Source: Octopus bimaculoides (taxonomy: Eukaryota). Taken from it: 64,000 nt of DNA. Positions 1-13,833 of this stretch are shown in pieces. The position numbers and the translations under genes were made by a program. The DNA lies in the NCBI RefSeq assembly GCF_001194135.2, contig NC_068985.1:18307156-18371155 (forward strand), in the 5' to 3' direction. The notes below the pieces were generated by a model. That model had not been told where the DNA came from. It did no database searches and was given only the letters and a program-made list of their open reading frames with translations. Position 1 is the first letter of the stretch, and every line of letters begins with the position of its first letter.

Positions 1-151
1 TAAAGCCTTTTTTCCTTTGAGGTATCTGATAATTTAGGGGATACATAAATTTAGCAAGTTCTCTAACATCAGTTTTTAAGCAAGCACAGACTCGCTCAAG
101 AATTTCATCCAATTTTCTACTGCCCAATATTTGTTGGTTTAAGGGTTTTAA

Positions 152-195
<44 letters not shown>
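152..195. repeat. (AAT)n microsatellite
   Basis: Direct reading of the sequence. Confidence 0.95.
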
Positions 196-1839
196 GGTAT
201 TTATAATGAGAATTTCCAGAACACCTGTAAGTAAAATTATTAAAATGGTAAACTTTAGAAAAGTTTGCCTTTTTAACAAATTTTAATATGCTTTCAGCTA
301 CAAGTGGAACATAGTTTTGAATTCTTGACAAATCAAACTGTAACAGTGGAGACTATTATTTCATTACATATGGCAGCTTTCAAAAGTTGTAGTTATTGTG
401 TAAGTTATAATTAAAGTTAGTAGGTTTAAAGTATTCAACAAGTTGGAGAGAGCACTAGAGATGGCTGCAACCATAAAATTGTACATTTGCAGAGAGTTTT
501 CTTTCTGGCATTAAAAAAAAAACTAAGAAAACAAAACAAAAGTGTAATTATTTAAAAACAAAGATTTTTAAATATACCCTTTTCTTCATATTTCTTAAGT
601 GTTTACAAGCAAGAAATATGACCAATAAATTATTTCTATACTTAAAATATGAGCTAAGAAAAAATGTTTAAAATCTATTTCTGAAAATTTTATTTATCAA
701 TCATGTTAGAAATGGAAGGAATTTGTAATATAATGCTTCCTACAGCTCATGATCATCATCATCATCATCAATATTGTTATTACTCATTATTATTAATTGT
801 TGTTGTTAAAGCATTTCATATAGATTATTCTTTGTATAGTTAGTTCTCTAGCATTAAAAGATCAAATAATGAGAATGAAATCTAAAACCTATCTACTTTT
901 TTCGTAGTCCAAAATTATCTGGAAGACATTCAAATACAAGTTTTAGACCATTCGTAGTAAAGGTAAAGTTTACTATTATTTGTAGACATCATAACAAATA
1001 AGCTTTAAAATTTAAACTACAATAGAAATAAATTCCTGCTTTGAATCTAAATTTTAACTTACTTAAGGAAGTGTAAGGTTAATATCATGTGCCTGACTGT
1101 GTGTATGCATGCCCATGCTTTTCAGTTTTAGTTAACATCTAACATCATATATAATAATAATAATGAAGAAATAGTCAACTTTTACAAAAGTCTAAGTGAT
1201 ATGTTGCAAAAATAGATTAAATCTAATTCTAGTTAACAATCATCACATTGTTAGTACCCGACTTGAAGACAAATTAACTTTCTTCCATTCAAAATAAAAG
1301 ACTTGAATGAAAGAGATGTAGATAGCTCAGAATCACATTTGGCTGGCTAGTTAGTCATACCCTCAACACAGAAAAGATAATAATAGTTCATAAAATCGAA
1401 CAACAATAGTGTCTTTTTCCAATGAAATATTTCAATTTTGAATACTATTATCACCAAATCTTTCTAAAGACATTGCTTTCAGGGTACTAATATCACCACT
1501 CTGTCAAAAGACAAGAACCTCAAACATGTGAAAGAATGTCTACATGTTCATAGTAAAAATGTTTCATATTTTTAAATAAAGAAAGAACAGCACCAGAGTT
1601 TAAAGCCAGTTTTAGAGCTTTCTTTATAAAATATTTTTGAAAATTAAGAAATAACATTTCTCAATTACTAATTGAAATTTGTTTTCATTGGTTAATTATC
1701 AGTTTAATCACTATAGTCTTTGTTCTCATTCTATAATGGCTATTTGTAAAAATTGTTTTCCATGTATATGACACTATTGCAATAGTAATAATTCACTTTT
1801 TTTAAACTTTGAACGATCATTATGACAATACCATCATAC

Positions 1840-2009
1840 TGTGTGTGCATGTGTGTGTGTTTGTGTGAGTGTGTGTATGTGTGTATGTATACACACATAC
1901 ACACACTTTTATTTGTATACATACAAACCGTATTTGTATACATACACACGCATATCATATATATATATATTCACACACACTTATATTTGTATACATACAC
2001 ACACACACA

Positions 2010-2049
<40 letters not shown>
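1840..2049. repeat. Compound (TG)/(CA)/(TA)n microsatellite. Similar tracts at about 5440-5660, 7325-7560, 9430-9500, 23888-23925, 41618-41660, 57680-57740, 60541-60575, 61537-61575 and 63930-64000
   Basis: Direct reading; these tracts produce the spurious YI/CV/HT-rich ORFs. Confidence 0.95.
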
Positions 2050-5000
2050 NNNNNNNNNNNNNNNNNNNNNNNNNNNNNNNNNNNNNNNNNNNNNNNNNNN
2101 NNNNNNNNNNNNNNNNNNNNNNNNNAAACTTTGCATCACATTATGTGAGAGTTAGCTCACCTCTGCTGTCACTCCAACTTGTTTAATACTCAAATAAAAT
2201 CCTCACACAAGGATTTTATGCCCTGAAGATGAAAAAAATCTTATGGAAATGAAATAAAGCAAAATTCATTTATAATGTCAAGAAAAATGCACAACCTTAA
2301 GCAGAAAATAATAGGGGTGGGGCAAGTGTCTTGTTTTTTGTTTTTTTTTTGTTTGTTTTTTTTTCAGTTTTAATGGACAATAAAAGTAAGAAAACATTCA
2401 ATAGCAATTGTATATGAAATACATTTTTTTTTTAATCCTTTTTCTTTTTAAAGGAAATAAATAATTAGCTGAAAACTACGAAGAGAAATTTAATGGTGAA
2501 AATTTAATTGCTCTAGAAACAATATGTATTATTAAACTATGACACTAGTAATTAATCTCTTCTTATTAACAATAATTATACAAAATGGTAAAATTTTCTC
2601 ACTAGAAATGATATATTTAAAGGTTCAGAAAAATTCAGGCTTTGAACAAAGATGCATTTGAAACAACAACCACAAGGACTAGCATAATAATTAGAATGTT
2701 TATACAGTAGTTATCTTTTTATGTTATTTCTCTTTTTTTAAATTTTTATTGTTATTAGTATTATCATTTTTCAATTCAAATACCATAGTAAAATATGCCT
2801 CTCCACTTAGCAAAGTCTTTCTCTTCTATGTAGTTGTTTAAACTGTATGCTTTACTATTCCACGTTGTATTAATCGGTTGAAAGATTTAAAACTCATGAA
2901 TATAATGTTTTAAAGCTTGCTTTACATGAGACACAAATATTGTAAAACCATCATCACCATAATCATCACACAAAATAATAAAAAAAAATTGTCTAATAAT
3001 TATTATTAATATTTATAATTATCATTATTATTAGTATCATCATTATTATTTTCATGATAAATATTATTATTAAACATTTTCAAGGAAAAATGCAATGAAT
3101 TCAGATGAGAGTTACATTATCACCTTTTTTCTTTTCTTCTTTTTTTGCATCAACATATTAGATTTTAATGTTTGCTTTTTTTCCCCCAACAGAGAAGAAT
3201 ATTGAAACTAATAATGAAAGAGAGTATCTAAGGGCAATATTAGTAGTATTTCTATATAGAAAATTAAAATCTCCTGATACCAACTTGATTAAATAAACTC
3301 CTACAAATCAATAAAAAATAGAGGTCCTAAATCAATAACTATTAAAATTGATATAGGATTCATAGTAACAGAAGAAAAGCAAGCTCTGGTAAATTATTAA
3401 TTTATTTTTTAAGAGTGAAAACTATTTTTGAAATACACTAATTCAAGAGAAGTTCTAGAGCTGTCTGTTTATCAATGACTGTCAGAAATACAACAAGCTA
3501 ATTTTTCTGCCATGTGCATACATTATACAGGGTTGCCAGTCAGGAGAATATACTTTCCTGAGAAAGGAGTAGGGATTATTTCTTGTATTTTGAAACATAA
3601 TAATATTTGCCAATTAATACTATGTTATTCATTCTATCAAACCATAAATGACTCTTGCTAAGATTTATTTTAATCATAGGTATTTCACATACTATTTATT
3701 ATCTACGTAAAAAAAACAAAAACAAATACAGTTAAAATTAAAATGAGCAGATATGGAAGACAAAAATGGTAATTTTTGTATGATGTTTGAAATTGTCTTC
3801 AATGCATCATTTTCTGCCTTCATGAATTGATAAATTAAACATTTTTTTAATACTATGATGAAGGAGAAAGTAATTCTTTATCTGTATCTCATGTAATATA
3901 TTTTATCTGCTTGTTTCAATGATTGCATCCAATTCATTTTCTTTCATAAGCCTAAATATGAATCTGTATTTCATTTTTTAAAATCCACTAACTAATTTCT
4001 TGAAAGACAAGGTTTGACTCACATTGGATTGAAGTCAGAAGCATAAAGAAGAAAATTAGACAAGTATTTAGTTTACTTGCTAATATCTATGCTCAATTGT
4101 TTATGAAGAAGTTTTGATAGAAAAGAGGCTAAAACCACTGTATATGGTCTTCTAGAAATATTTTTCCTTAGCTCTAATGCTACTTTCAAAAAAACATTAA
4201 TAAAATACTGGCCAGATATAAAATAAGAATGAAAACTAACAAATATAAAATTGGCTATAATATTACTGCAATAATACTTATAAAAACATCTTTTAAATAC
4301 ATCTGTTTTTAAAACATCCGTTTTAAAAAAGGATGTATTTAAAATATTTTTTTTAAATACAGATTTGAAAAAATCTGTGTTTTTTTAAAATTTGTATTTA
4401 AAAAAAAATTTACCAGCATTGACAAAAGGCAACGGAAATCAGTATTTGGAAATTGTGATTAAACTTCTATGAGGTTTTCGTAAAATCACTAAAACAGTTT
4501 CCTAATCTCAATCTGATATTTTTCAATATTTCTTGATTTAAAAAAAAAAATTGATCCCAAATATATTTTTGTTCCAACCAAGTAAAGGCAACCCTAATAT
4601 ACGTATACATGTATACACATCATGTAAATAACAGCTTAAAGTGATTCTATGTTATATATCACAGTTAGTTGTTAATTACCGTCTACTCCTGATGTCAAAT
4701 TATCACATTGTAAACAAAAACATCATGGTATTTAATTCTGCAAAGAGAATGTTTTATATATATANNNNNNNNNNNNNNNNNNNNNNNNNNNNNNNNNNNN
4801 NNNNNNNNNNNNNNNNNNNNNNNNNNNNNNNNNNNNNNNNNNNNNNNNNNNNNNNNNNNNNNNNNNNNNNNNNNNNNNNNNNNNNNNNNNNNNNNNNNNN
4901 NNNNNNNNNNNNNNNNNNNNNNNNNNNNNNNNNNNNNNNNNNNNNNNNNNNNNNNNNNNNNNNNNNNNNNNNNNNNNNNNNNNNNNNNNNNNNNNNNNNN

Positions 5001-5674
5001 NNNNNNNNNNNNNNNNNNNNNNNNNNNNNNNNNNNNNNNNNNNNNNNNNNNNNNNNNNNNNNNNNNNNNNNNNNNNNNNNNNNNNNNNNNNNNNNNNNNN
5101 NNNNNNNNNNNNNNNNNNNNNNNNNNNNNNNNNNNNNNNNNNNNNNNNNNNNNNNNNNNNNNNNNNNNNNNNNNNNNNNNNNNNNNNNNNNNNNNNNNNN
5201 NNNNNNNNNNNNNNNNNNNNNNNNNNNNNNAATAAACAAATTCCACCATCAAAACCATTCTACCCAAAGAGTAGGTTTTGTCTTCACTGAACCAATAGAT
5301 GAAAGAAAAAAAACATTGAAGTAGAAGTTAAGCCACAAATAAACAAGATTTACAAAGTTATGTTAGAAAAAAAGAAAGGAAACACTAAGCAAAGTTATGG
5401 AAAGTTCTACATACCTTTTAATATACATGTTGCAAGCATACATACATATATATATATATACATGAATGTGTGTGTATTTATATATATTTATATATACACA
5501 TACATAAAAAGTATATGTAGTATATAAATTTATATATATAAATATATATGCACATATAAATATGCATATATAAATATATGGATATATACTGTATATGTAT
5601 TATATATATATATAGTATACAGACACACACATACATACATACACATATAGTATATAGGTGTGCGTAAGTGTGTG

Positions 5675-6250
5675 CAAGGTGTTATCAGAAAGTTTCAGAT
5701 GGCATATGCTTCATGGTATCTACTTTGTGTGTTCAGTACATAAGGTTTTATATCATTATATTAAAATGGCTCAGCAATTTTTACAATGGCTCACAAATTT
5801 GTGCAACAAGCAGCCATACTTTGCATGAAGCGTGGCAAATCTATTAATGAGACCCTTAAAATGCTTCATCAGGTTTGCTGGGCAAACATTCTTTAGGTTT
5901 GTTTTTTTTTTGTTTTTTTTCAGTGGCATGCACATTTCAAGGCCAGTCGAGCTTTGGTTCAAGATGATGACATTTCAGTGAGATCAATCACAAATGAAAT
6001 GCCAGAGAATTAGGGAAAACTTTTAAACTCATCCATGAGGACCATTGCTGAACAATCCATCAGTTCTCTCACAACAGAATCGCATATAGTGTTGGACGGC
6101 CTTCACAAAGAGAACTCCTACTGCATTTTTCAGGTGCAGATGATGCACTGGGATCATTGTGTACATTCCCAAAGGGACTATTATAAAAGGGATGGTACCC
6201 AAATAGAAATAACATCTGAAATATATTATGTACTAGTGTGTTTTTGCTTG
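5675..6250 (+). mobile_element. Internally deleted, degenerate mariner element
   Basis: Broken frames read AAILCMKRGKSINETLKMLHQ, QWHAHFKASRALVQDDD, KLIHEDH and HWDHCVHSQRDYYKRD, matching mariner transposase N-terminal HTH and C-terminal motifs. TIR-like caaggtgttatcagaaagttt at the left end. Confidence 0.7.
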
Positions 6251-7428
6251 CCCTGGCCTAGGAAATTTCTGATACAAACTCATTTATATANNNNNNNNNN
6301 NNNNNNNNNNNNNNNNNNNNNNNNNNNNNNNNNNNNNNNNNNNNNNNNNNNNNNNNNNNNNNNNNNNNNNNNNNNNNNNNNNNNNNNNNNNNNNNNNNNN
6401 NNNNNNNNNNNNNNNNNNNNNNNNNNNNNNNNNNNNNNNNNNNNNNNNNNNNNNNNNNNNNNNNNNNNNNNNNNNNNNNNNNNNNNNNNNNNNNNNNNNN
6501 NNNNNNNNNNNNNNNNNNNNNNNNNNNNNNNNNNNNNNNNNNNNNNNNNNNNNNNNNNNNNNNNNNNNNNNNNNNNNNNNNNNNNNNNNNNNNNNNNNNN
6601 NNNNNNNNNNNNNNNNNNNNNNNNNNNNNNNNNNNNNNNNNNNNNNNNNNNNNNNNNNNNNNNNNNNNNNNNNNNNNNNNNNNNNNNNNNNNNNNNNNNN
6701 NNNNNNNNNNNNNNNNNNNNNNNNNNNNNNNNNNNNNNNNNNNNNNNNNNNNNNNNNNNNNNNNNNNNNNNNNNNNNNNNNNNNNNNNNNNNNNNNNNNN
6801 NNNNNNNNNNNNNNNNNNNNNNNNNNNNNNNNNNNNNNNNNNNNNNNNNNNNNNNNNNNNNNNNNNNNNNNNNNNNNNNNNNNNNNNNNNNNNNNNNNAT
6901 ATATATATATATATATACACATATACATATACAAATCTACACTCATTCATATATATAATATAATATATATATCAATACATATGTGTGTTTGTGTGTGTGT
7001 AAGTGTATCTATGTATGTGTGTATTTATATGCATCTCTATATAGGAATACATATAGGTTTTTAAAAGTGATATTAATGAAGAAATTATTTAAATGCTAAA
7101 ATGCAAACTGTCAAATCATGATAGAAACATTTTCATTTTTAAGCAGTTTCAATGACTTAGCTAATTTTAATCTTCAGTGTAACATTTCAGTTATTTTTTT
7201 TCTCTTCTCCAATATATCTAAAATGGAAAATAAGAAGAGATTTCGGTAGAATTTGTAATAAAACATTAGTAAAGTGAAATGATGCTTTCATAAGTTAAAT
7301 GTTGAAAATTACTTCTAAAGCACATTATATATATATATATATATATAGAAATAAATACACAAATAAGTATATATGCATACACACACACACACACACACAA
7401 CACATATAAGTATATACATGTATATGTA

Positions 7429-7479
<51 letters not shown>

Positions 7480-9439
7480 GTATAAATACCAGTGAATACA
7501 CAAACACACACATACATATACTATATATATATGTATGTATATAATTACATATATGTTGTTTGAAACATGCATGCACATTCATGTTTGTGTATGTGTGAGT
7601 GTATGTAAATACACATACTACATACTACACTCATTAAAGTAAAATTAATTCTTGAAAATATATTCCAATTAAAGAAAAGAAAGGCAATAGTAATACAATA
7701 AGAAATGGACACACATTTTCTTCTTTTTTTTTTTCATCCAATTAAAGGTGGAAATTTTAGTTCTTGAAGTAGAATTCTTTCTCGAGTTCATTTCAATGGG
7801 TGCAATGCCTAAAAAGTAGCAGAGTTGCCAAGTGTCTTACTCTTGGCTAGCAGAACTCTCAATTTCTCTGACCCATCATAGATCAGAAATTACACACCTT
7901 TGTATAGACAAAATACAGAGCAGATGTTAAAATCTTTGAAGAAATTTTTTTCAAAATTCTTAAAAACTGAAAACTTTTTACTGACTTGAAAATTTCTTCA
8001 TCATCATCATGATAATTTCTTTAGTTGACCTTAATAATATGTCAAGACTAAGAATCATAGCAATATCATTTACTTTGAAGAGAGTTCATTTTTCTTATAT
8101 ATACACATAAAATTTTTGACTAATGCTAAAATGTTTAAAAATGCATTTCTCTCATTGCATCTTTGAATAAGCAACATATATTGACAACGAACAGAAGAAA
8201 TGGTCGCAGAATACAGCAGCTCAACCAGCTAGTGTGAGTGGAATCAGAAAGAAAATGTCATGAAATACATCCACCTTTCATGATGTGAAGATGTATATAT
8301 TTTTTAACATTGTAGCAGGTTATGTTTGATAAGCCAAAATGAAGTCAGTCAAAAGCTTTAGTCAACATTTCACAAATTCAAAGAGAGAGAGAGAGAAAGA
8401 GAGAGAAAGAGAAAGAGAGAGAGAGAAACTATATTGATTGAAGCAAACATCAGTTTTAAAAAAGCCTTTCAAGGATACATCAAAGCATACAATGTATTTA
8501 CTTTAGTAGCAAGAAATACCCTTTATACGATGTTAAAAATACATATCTAAAATATTACCAAAAGAAACATAGAAATTAGCTCACCTGAGAGAGCAATTTA
8601 CTTGGAATTTACATTTTCAAGGATTAAATCCCAATTTCTGATTAATATGTGACAAAACTTATCATCACATAATCTATATATTTTTTTTTAATTCTTCAAC
8701 ATTATAACCTTGATTGCTTCCCCATCGTTCTTTATAACAGTAGTAAGTCAGCCAAGAAGAAACTAACAATGCCACCACTTAGTGAGACAGGAAAATAACT
8801 AACTTTGCACAAGAAAAACATTTGATCAATCAGATGAGATAAAAGAAAATATTTTACAAAATGCAGCAAGGAACAATTTTAAAATAAGATTAAAATTCTT
8901 ATTTCAAATTATAATGTCATGATTGATGAGTACAAAATGTTTCTTTTTGAAAGAAATTAAATAAATATGTTTTTTAGGATGAGAAACGAAACCTAACAAA
9001 AAAAAAAAAATGGAAAAAAAGGGACAATGGCATATCAAATACTATGAAGAAAATCCATGTGCATGCAAATGAATCCGAGGTTTGTGTGTGCATGTGTGTG
9101 TGTGTTAATACAGATAAATGTATTTCTCTATACCCTCATTCTCTCTGTCTCTCTAGTATACATACTACAGAGAGAGGTCTATCAATTAATGTAGAGAGAC
9201 TGAGATAGGGGAAGAAATATTATTCAAATATAAAATATTTGCTTTCTAGAGATTTTTCTTCAAATGTGAAAAGGCATATATAAATCACCACAATATAATT
9301 TTACACACATGCACACCATGATAATCATCAAGTACATGTATGTGTGCAAGTATATATATGCACACACACTTGCACATAGTCATCTACTGAACATGAATGA
9401 ATACGTTGTTTCTCTTACATTTATGCGCATGTATGTATG

Positions 9440-9479
<40 letters not shown>

Positions 9480-9840
9480 GATACACACAAACACACACAT
9501 ATATAAATACATTTATCTACTTATAAGCAAATATATGTGTATATATAATGTTAAAAATACACCTATATTTTCAATTTGAGACAGTTTTTTCCCATGTTTA
9601 TGTAATATTACCAGTTCCTGTATCATATACTTGAAAGTCTCATGTATCTGTATTTAAATGTAAATAACTCCTAAAATATTGAAACAAGGTTCCATGATAC
9701 ATTGACTGTAGTATATCAAGACAATTAAGAGCTCTTTAAATATAGATAATGAGAACAAAATTCAAGTTCCATTAATCTCCTGTACACAAACAACTGGTTT
9801 CGATTATGTTCCCTAAATACACGACTGAATACACACTGTT

Positions 9841-9846
9841 TTTATT
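9841..9846 (-). promoter_or_regulatory. Candidate poly(A) signal of ADAR1 (3' UTR of about 2.3 kb)
   Basis: First canonical AATAAA I found on the minus strand after the stop, followed by GT-rich sequence (gtcgtgtattt...gttgtttgtgt). ATTAAA variants occur earlier. Confidence 0.35.
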
Positions 9847-12123
9847 CACTAACAACACAAGAGCTGATTTGAAATAAAAGATCAGAATTTAATCAAATTC
9901 GTACACTTCCTAGCTTAGAAGATTAGCTGGTAAACTGTCTTACCAACTAGAAACCTTGAAAGATAACAACTTATTTCTTGAGACATGATTGATCTTAGAT
10001 ATGTAAAGATAAAAGATTGTTTTATGTGGGTGCATGTATATGCATGCATGTATTTGTGTATATGTGCATGCATATATTCGTGTGATGTGCATACACACAT
10101 GCACATGTATAATTGGAACATGATTAATTTTGGTCATTTTTTTTTAAAGTCTTTTTAAAACACTTGTAAACACACACAGCTTATGTACATGAAAAAATCT
10201 AAAATATACATTTTATAAAAGAAATCTTAGGTGGGTTTTAACCGAAGAAATAGTTCTCTGGTGTCTTACATTTTTAAGTTCATCAGTAGTTAAATACATC
10301 CACCAAAATGTAGACAACAGTTTCAGAAACAATATCTGAAACTTGTTATGGTAGGGAAATTGGGGTTTCCTACAATTTCTATTGTTTTTCAATGATAGGA
10401 TGTTGCCAAATGAGACATTTTACTATTCAGATGACACTTGCAGAGAACTGTTGAGTTCTTTCTCGTTGTATAGTTTCCTTAAACTCATGTAACTGTCTAC
10501 ATTATACATGCTGAACATCATAGCGGTTTGATTGGAAAAAAAAATCTGTACAAATAAGATTTAAAAGAGACAAAAAAAATGTATACCGAATTCAATAAAA
10601 GATAAATTACATTGATATATGGAGGAGACATAAATATAGATGACATTTTATCAAGAACTGTCAGAACAACCAGAATATTTAAAATGTATTTGCATTAATA
10701 AAGTCGAATCAATGGCAAATGTATGTAGGAATCAGACTGAACATTCTAATGAGATTTAACGATATACATCCACAAAAAGACAGCATTATCAGCAAAATGT
10801 TATTTCATGTGCACATAGTTATTCAAATTTAATTATGTTGCAGAGGAATCATGGTTTTCATTTTTTTTCTTTTTAAAGTTATATCAGAAAAAAAAAAATT
10901 TATGATATTAATTACAAGTTTGACAATAAACCTAAGCTGTTTTAAAAATTTGGCAAATATTTCTACATAAAGCCTTAAAAATATCTAGCACCAATTATAA
11001 ATGTTATTTTAAAAGCTTTCTAAAAGAACAAATAGTTATAATTTTCTTACAATTTGAATAATGGTGGATTATAGACGGTTCATAGTAAAACCTTACAAAT
11101 ATTAAAAAAAAAATACGCCATCAAGGGAAAGCAAATGTTCTGGAATTATTCACAGCAACAACAATTAGACTAGAATTGGATATAAATGTCTGTGTGTATG
11201 CATGTTGTGTAAGAGATGCTTTCAATTGAGTTATAAGTGTTATAAGCAAATGTGGAAGTAGTTTGATATGTAATCCAATTTACAAAGTATCTATTAAAAG
11301 GAATCAAATTTTTTTAAAAAAAAAAAGAGATCAAGGTAATTTTTGGTAAACTGACAGATTGTACAAGAAAAACATTAAATACATAATAATTATATTGTTC
11401 AAACAACAGTCTAATGTTTGTTACTGGCACTATTATTGCTAAAAACAGTTTCATTTGGTTGTAATAAACAATGTGAATATATTGATTGTTTTCAAGAAAT
11501 CAGTTTTAGAATTAACACAATAAATAAGTGCTTTTGTTATCAATGTTTCTTTAAGTGCAACTTATTGTTCTCGTCCTAGACCAAGTTGTTTTAATGAAAA
11601 TTGTGATTATTTTGAAACAGGGAGGTAAATAAAATAAAATTAATTATTGGAGTTTTAGAATTAGATTAACTCACATATTCTAGCAAAACTGTGATTGCAG
11701 TGAATTACTTAGCTAATCAGTAAATATTTTCAATATGATAAATGTGTGTTAACATCAGTTAACCACAAAAAGATGTCGAAATCAAAAGAAGTGTAAATCA
11801 TGCAAATTGAAATCAAATAGATTACTGAAATATTCTAAATGTCTGAATTTAATTATGTCTCCTCCAAGTGATATTTAACAAGCCAACTAACAAGATTTCT
11901 AAATTTCCTAACAGCATGTAAATTGGCAAAATTCAAGATATATGGTTATAGACTGTTCAGTTTCTCCTTGGAACGATAACACTACTCTGGAAAACCAATA
12001 TTGGTGAAAAAAATATTGGTAAAACAGCCACTGAGCTGAAGAAAAGACATGATTTTAATTTTGTTGTTCTTTTTCTGTCTATTGTACCTGGATTGAAGCA
12101 AAGTGAAGTTTCCTTGAATACCT

Positions 12124-12355
12124 CTAAGCAAACATTTCTTCTTCAATGGGTTTTGATACCCAGGTACCACAATTGTTTTCTTTTAATTTTTTCAGCATCA
12201 CATTTTTAGCTGTCTGGAAGGGAGTAGCCATCATCTTGGCTTTGTTATAAGAAGGGGCAGTAAGCAGGTCATTACGATCAAATTTGCGGCAGACTCTCTT
12301 AAATTCTTCATACAAGTTGTGCTTTGTTAGACGAGAGAATAGGTTTTTCTCAATC
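12124..12355 (-). CDS. ADAR: ADAR1 E10: terminal coding exon
   Basis: ttttattctag|G ATT GAG; encodes SRLTKHNLYEEF...SYNKAK...GTWVSKPIEEEMFA followed by TAG. Confidence 0.95.
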
Positions 12356-12707
12356 CTAGAATAAAATGAAAAACGAATTTTGTTTTATAAATTGTTATAT
12401 TGGTTAGTTTATTTATACGTAAAATAATTATTAACAAAAAAAAAATTTTTTTTAAATCAATTTACTTTTAACAGAGGATATTGAAGTAGAGAAAAAAAAA
12501 CCATTTCATTAAAAAACTTTTGTATTAAGAATAACAATATAAAATTTTTTAAATAGTCAAAATTAGGTGCAGAAAAATGATTAGAATAGAAAAAAACTGA
12601 ACGAGAATTTCTAAATTTATATTATGGCTGAAGCAATAATTCTACAGTTTGATGAATTCATCTAATATTTCATTGGAGTTAAAATGGTATCAGTTGCCAA
12701 CCAGGCA

Positions 12708-12950
12708 TATATAAGCGAGCAGAATTGTTAGCACTTCAGACTAAATGTTTAGCAGCCAACATTTCTACCAGCTCTTTACATTCTGAGTTTACTTTCTGCC
12801 AAGGTCAACTTTGCCTTCATCCTTTCGGGGTCAATGAAATAAAGTACCAATCAAGAAATGGGGAGGGAAGAGGGGTGTTTGTCAATGTAACCAACTTATC
12901 TCCTTCCCATCAAATTGCTGGCCTTGTGTCAAAATGTGAAATCATTATTT
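12708..12950 (+). mobile_element. tRNA-derived SINE, family D (degenerate)
   Basis: Similar to 45672-45900 (cagaattgttagc ... gtcaactttgccttcatcctttcggggtc). Confidence 0.7.
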
Positions 12951-12964
12951 AATAGATGCACAGA

Positions 12965-13175
12965 TGGTACATACTGGCAGAATCATTAGCATATTGGACA
13001 AAATATGTATAGTATTTCTTTTGGCTTTTTATGTTCTGGGTTTAAATTCCACCAAGTTTTGCCAGCCTTTCATCATTTTGGGATCAACAAAGTAAAGTAT
13101 CAGTCAATTACCAGTGTTGATGTAACTGACTTGCCCTTCCCTTCAAAACTGCTGGCCTTGTACCAAAATTAGAGT
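12965..13175 (+). mobile_element. tRNA-derived SINE, family D (second tandem copy)
   Basis: ctggcagaatcattagc ... gggtttaaattcc ... tgctggccttgtaccaaaa. Confidence 0.65.
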
Positions 13176-13232
13176 TATTACTGAACTTAGTTATTTTACA
13201 AATAAAAATGGTTATCACTGTAATAATGTTTA

Positions 13233-13554
13233 GTGGCCGTTGCCAGTACCGCCTGACTGGCTCCTGTAGGATTTTCGAGCGAGATCGTTGCCAGTGCCCC
13301 TGGACTGGCTTGTGCGGGTGGCACATAAAAGACACCATTTCGAGCGTGGCCGTTTTCGTGCGGGTGACACGTAAAAGCACCCACTACACTCTCTGAGTGG
13401 TTGGCGTTAGGAAGGGCATCCAGCTGTAGAAACTCTGCCAAATTTAGATTGGAGCCTGGTGTTGCCATCCGGTTTCACCAGTCCTCAGTCAAATCGTCCA
13501 ACCCATGCTAGCATGGAAAGCGGACGTTAAACGATGATGATGATGATGATGATG
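13233..13554 (+). mobile_element. Young 5'-truncated RTE-type LINE 3' end with (GAT)n tail
   Basis: Ends ccaacccatgctagcatggaaagcggacgttaaac(gat)n. Flanked by an 8-bp target-site duplication AATGTTTA (13225-13232 and 13555-13562). Confidence 0.85.
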
Positions 13555-13592
13555 AATGTTTAAATATGAAGCAAAATAAAAAGATATATTAC

Positions 13593-13833
13593 GCTGTATA
13601 ACAGATGCCAGCTGTGCCATCAAGAACTTCAGACTTCTCATCATCATAACACCAGTTTATGCTCAGAGATTTTGTCTTTTGGGTTTCTCTTGGGGGGTCG
13701 CAAGCAGTTACCCTGCCAAGCCAGGGATGGTTCAAACGATAGCCTTCTGGTAACAGCTGATTTACAGAGGCTTCTCCACGTTCTATACGGCAACATACTG
13801 CACGAGCAAGGTGACCATGATCATAAAGATAAC
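13593..13833 (-). CDS. ADAR: ADAR1 E9: deaminase domain
   Basis: tatttacag|GT TAT; encodes HLARAVCCRI...NHPWLGRV...SINWC...EVLDGTAG; donor GC|gtaata (phase 2). Confidence 0.95.

Noticed and set aside
1740-9579. ORFs rich in YI, CV and HT, and ORFs running through X
   Set aside because: Translations of microsatellites and N gaps.
13196-13468. 90-aa ORF with unusually high GC content
   Set aside because: It lies within the RTE 3' UTR insertion, antisense to the element, and is not a gene.
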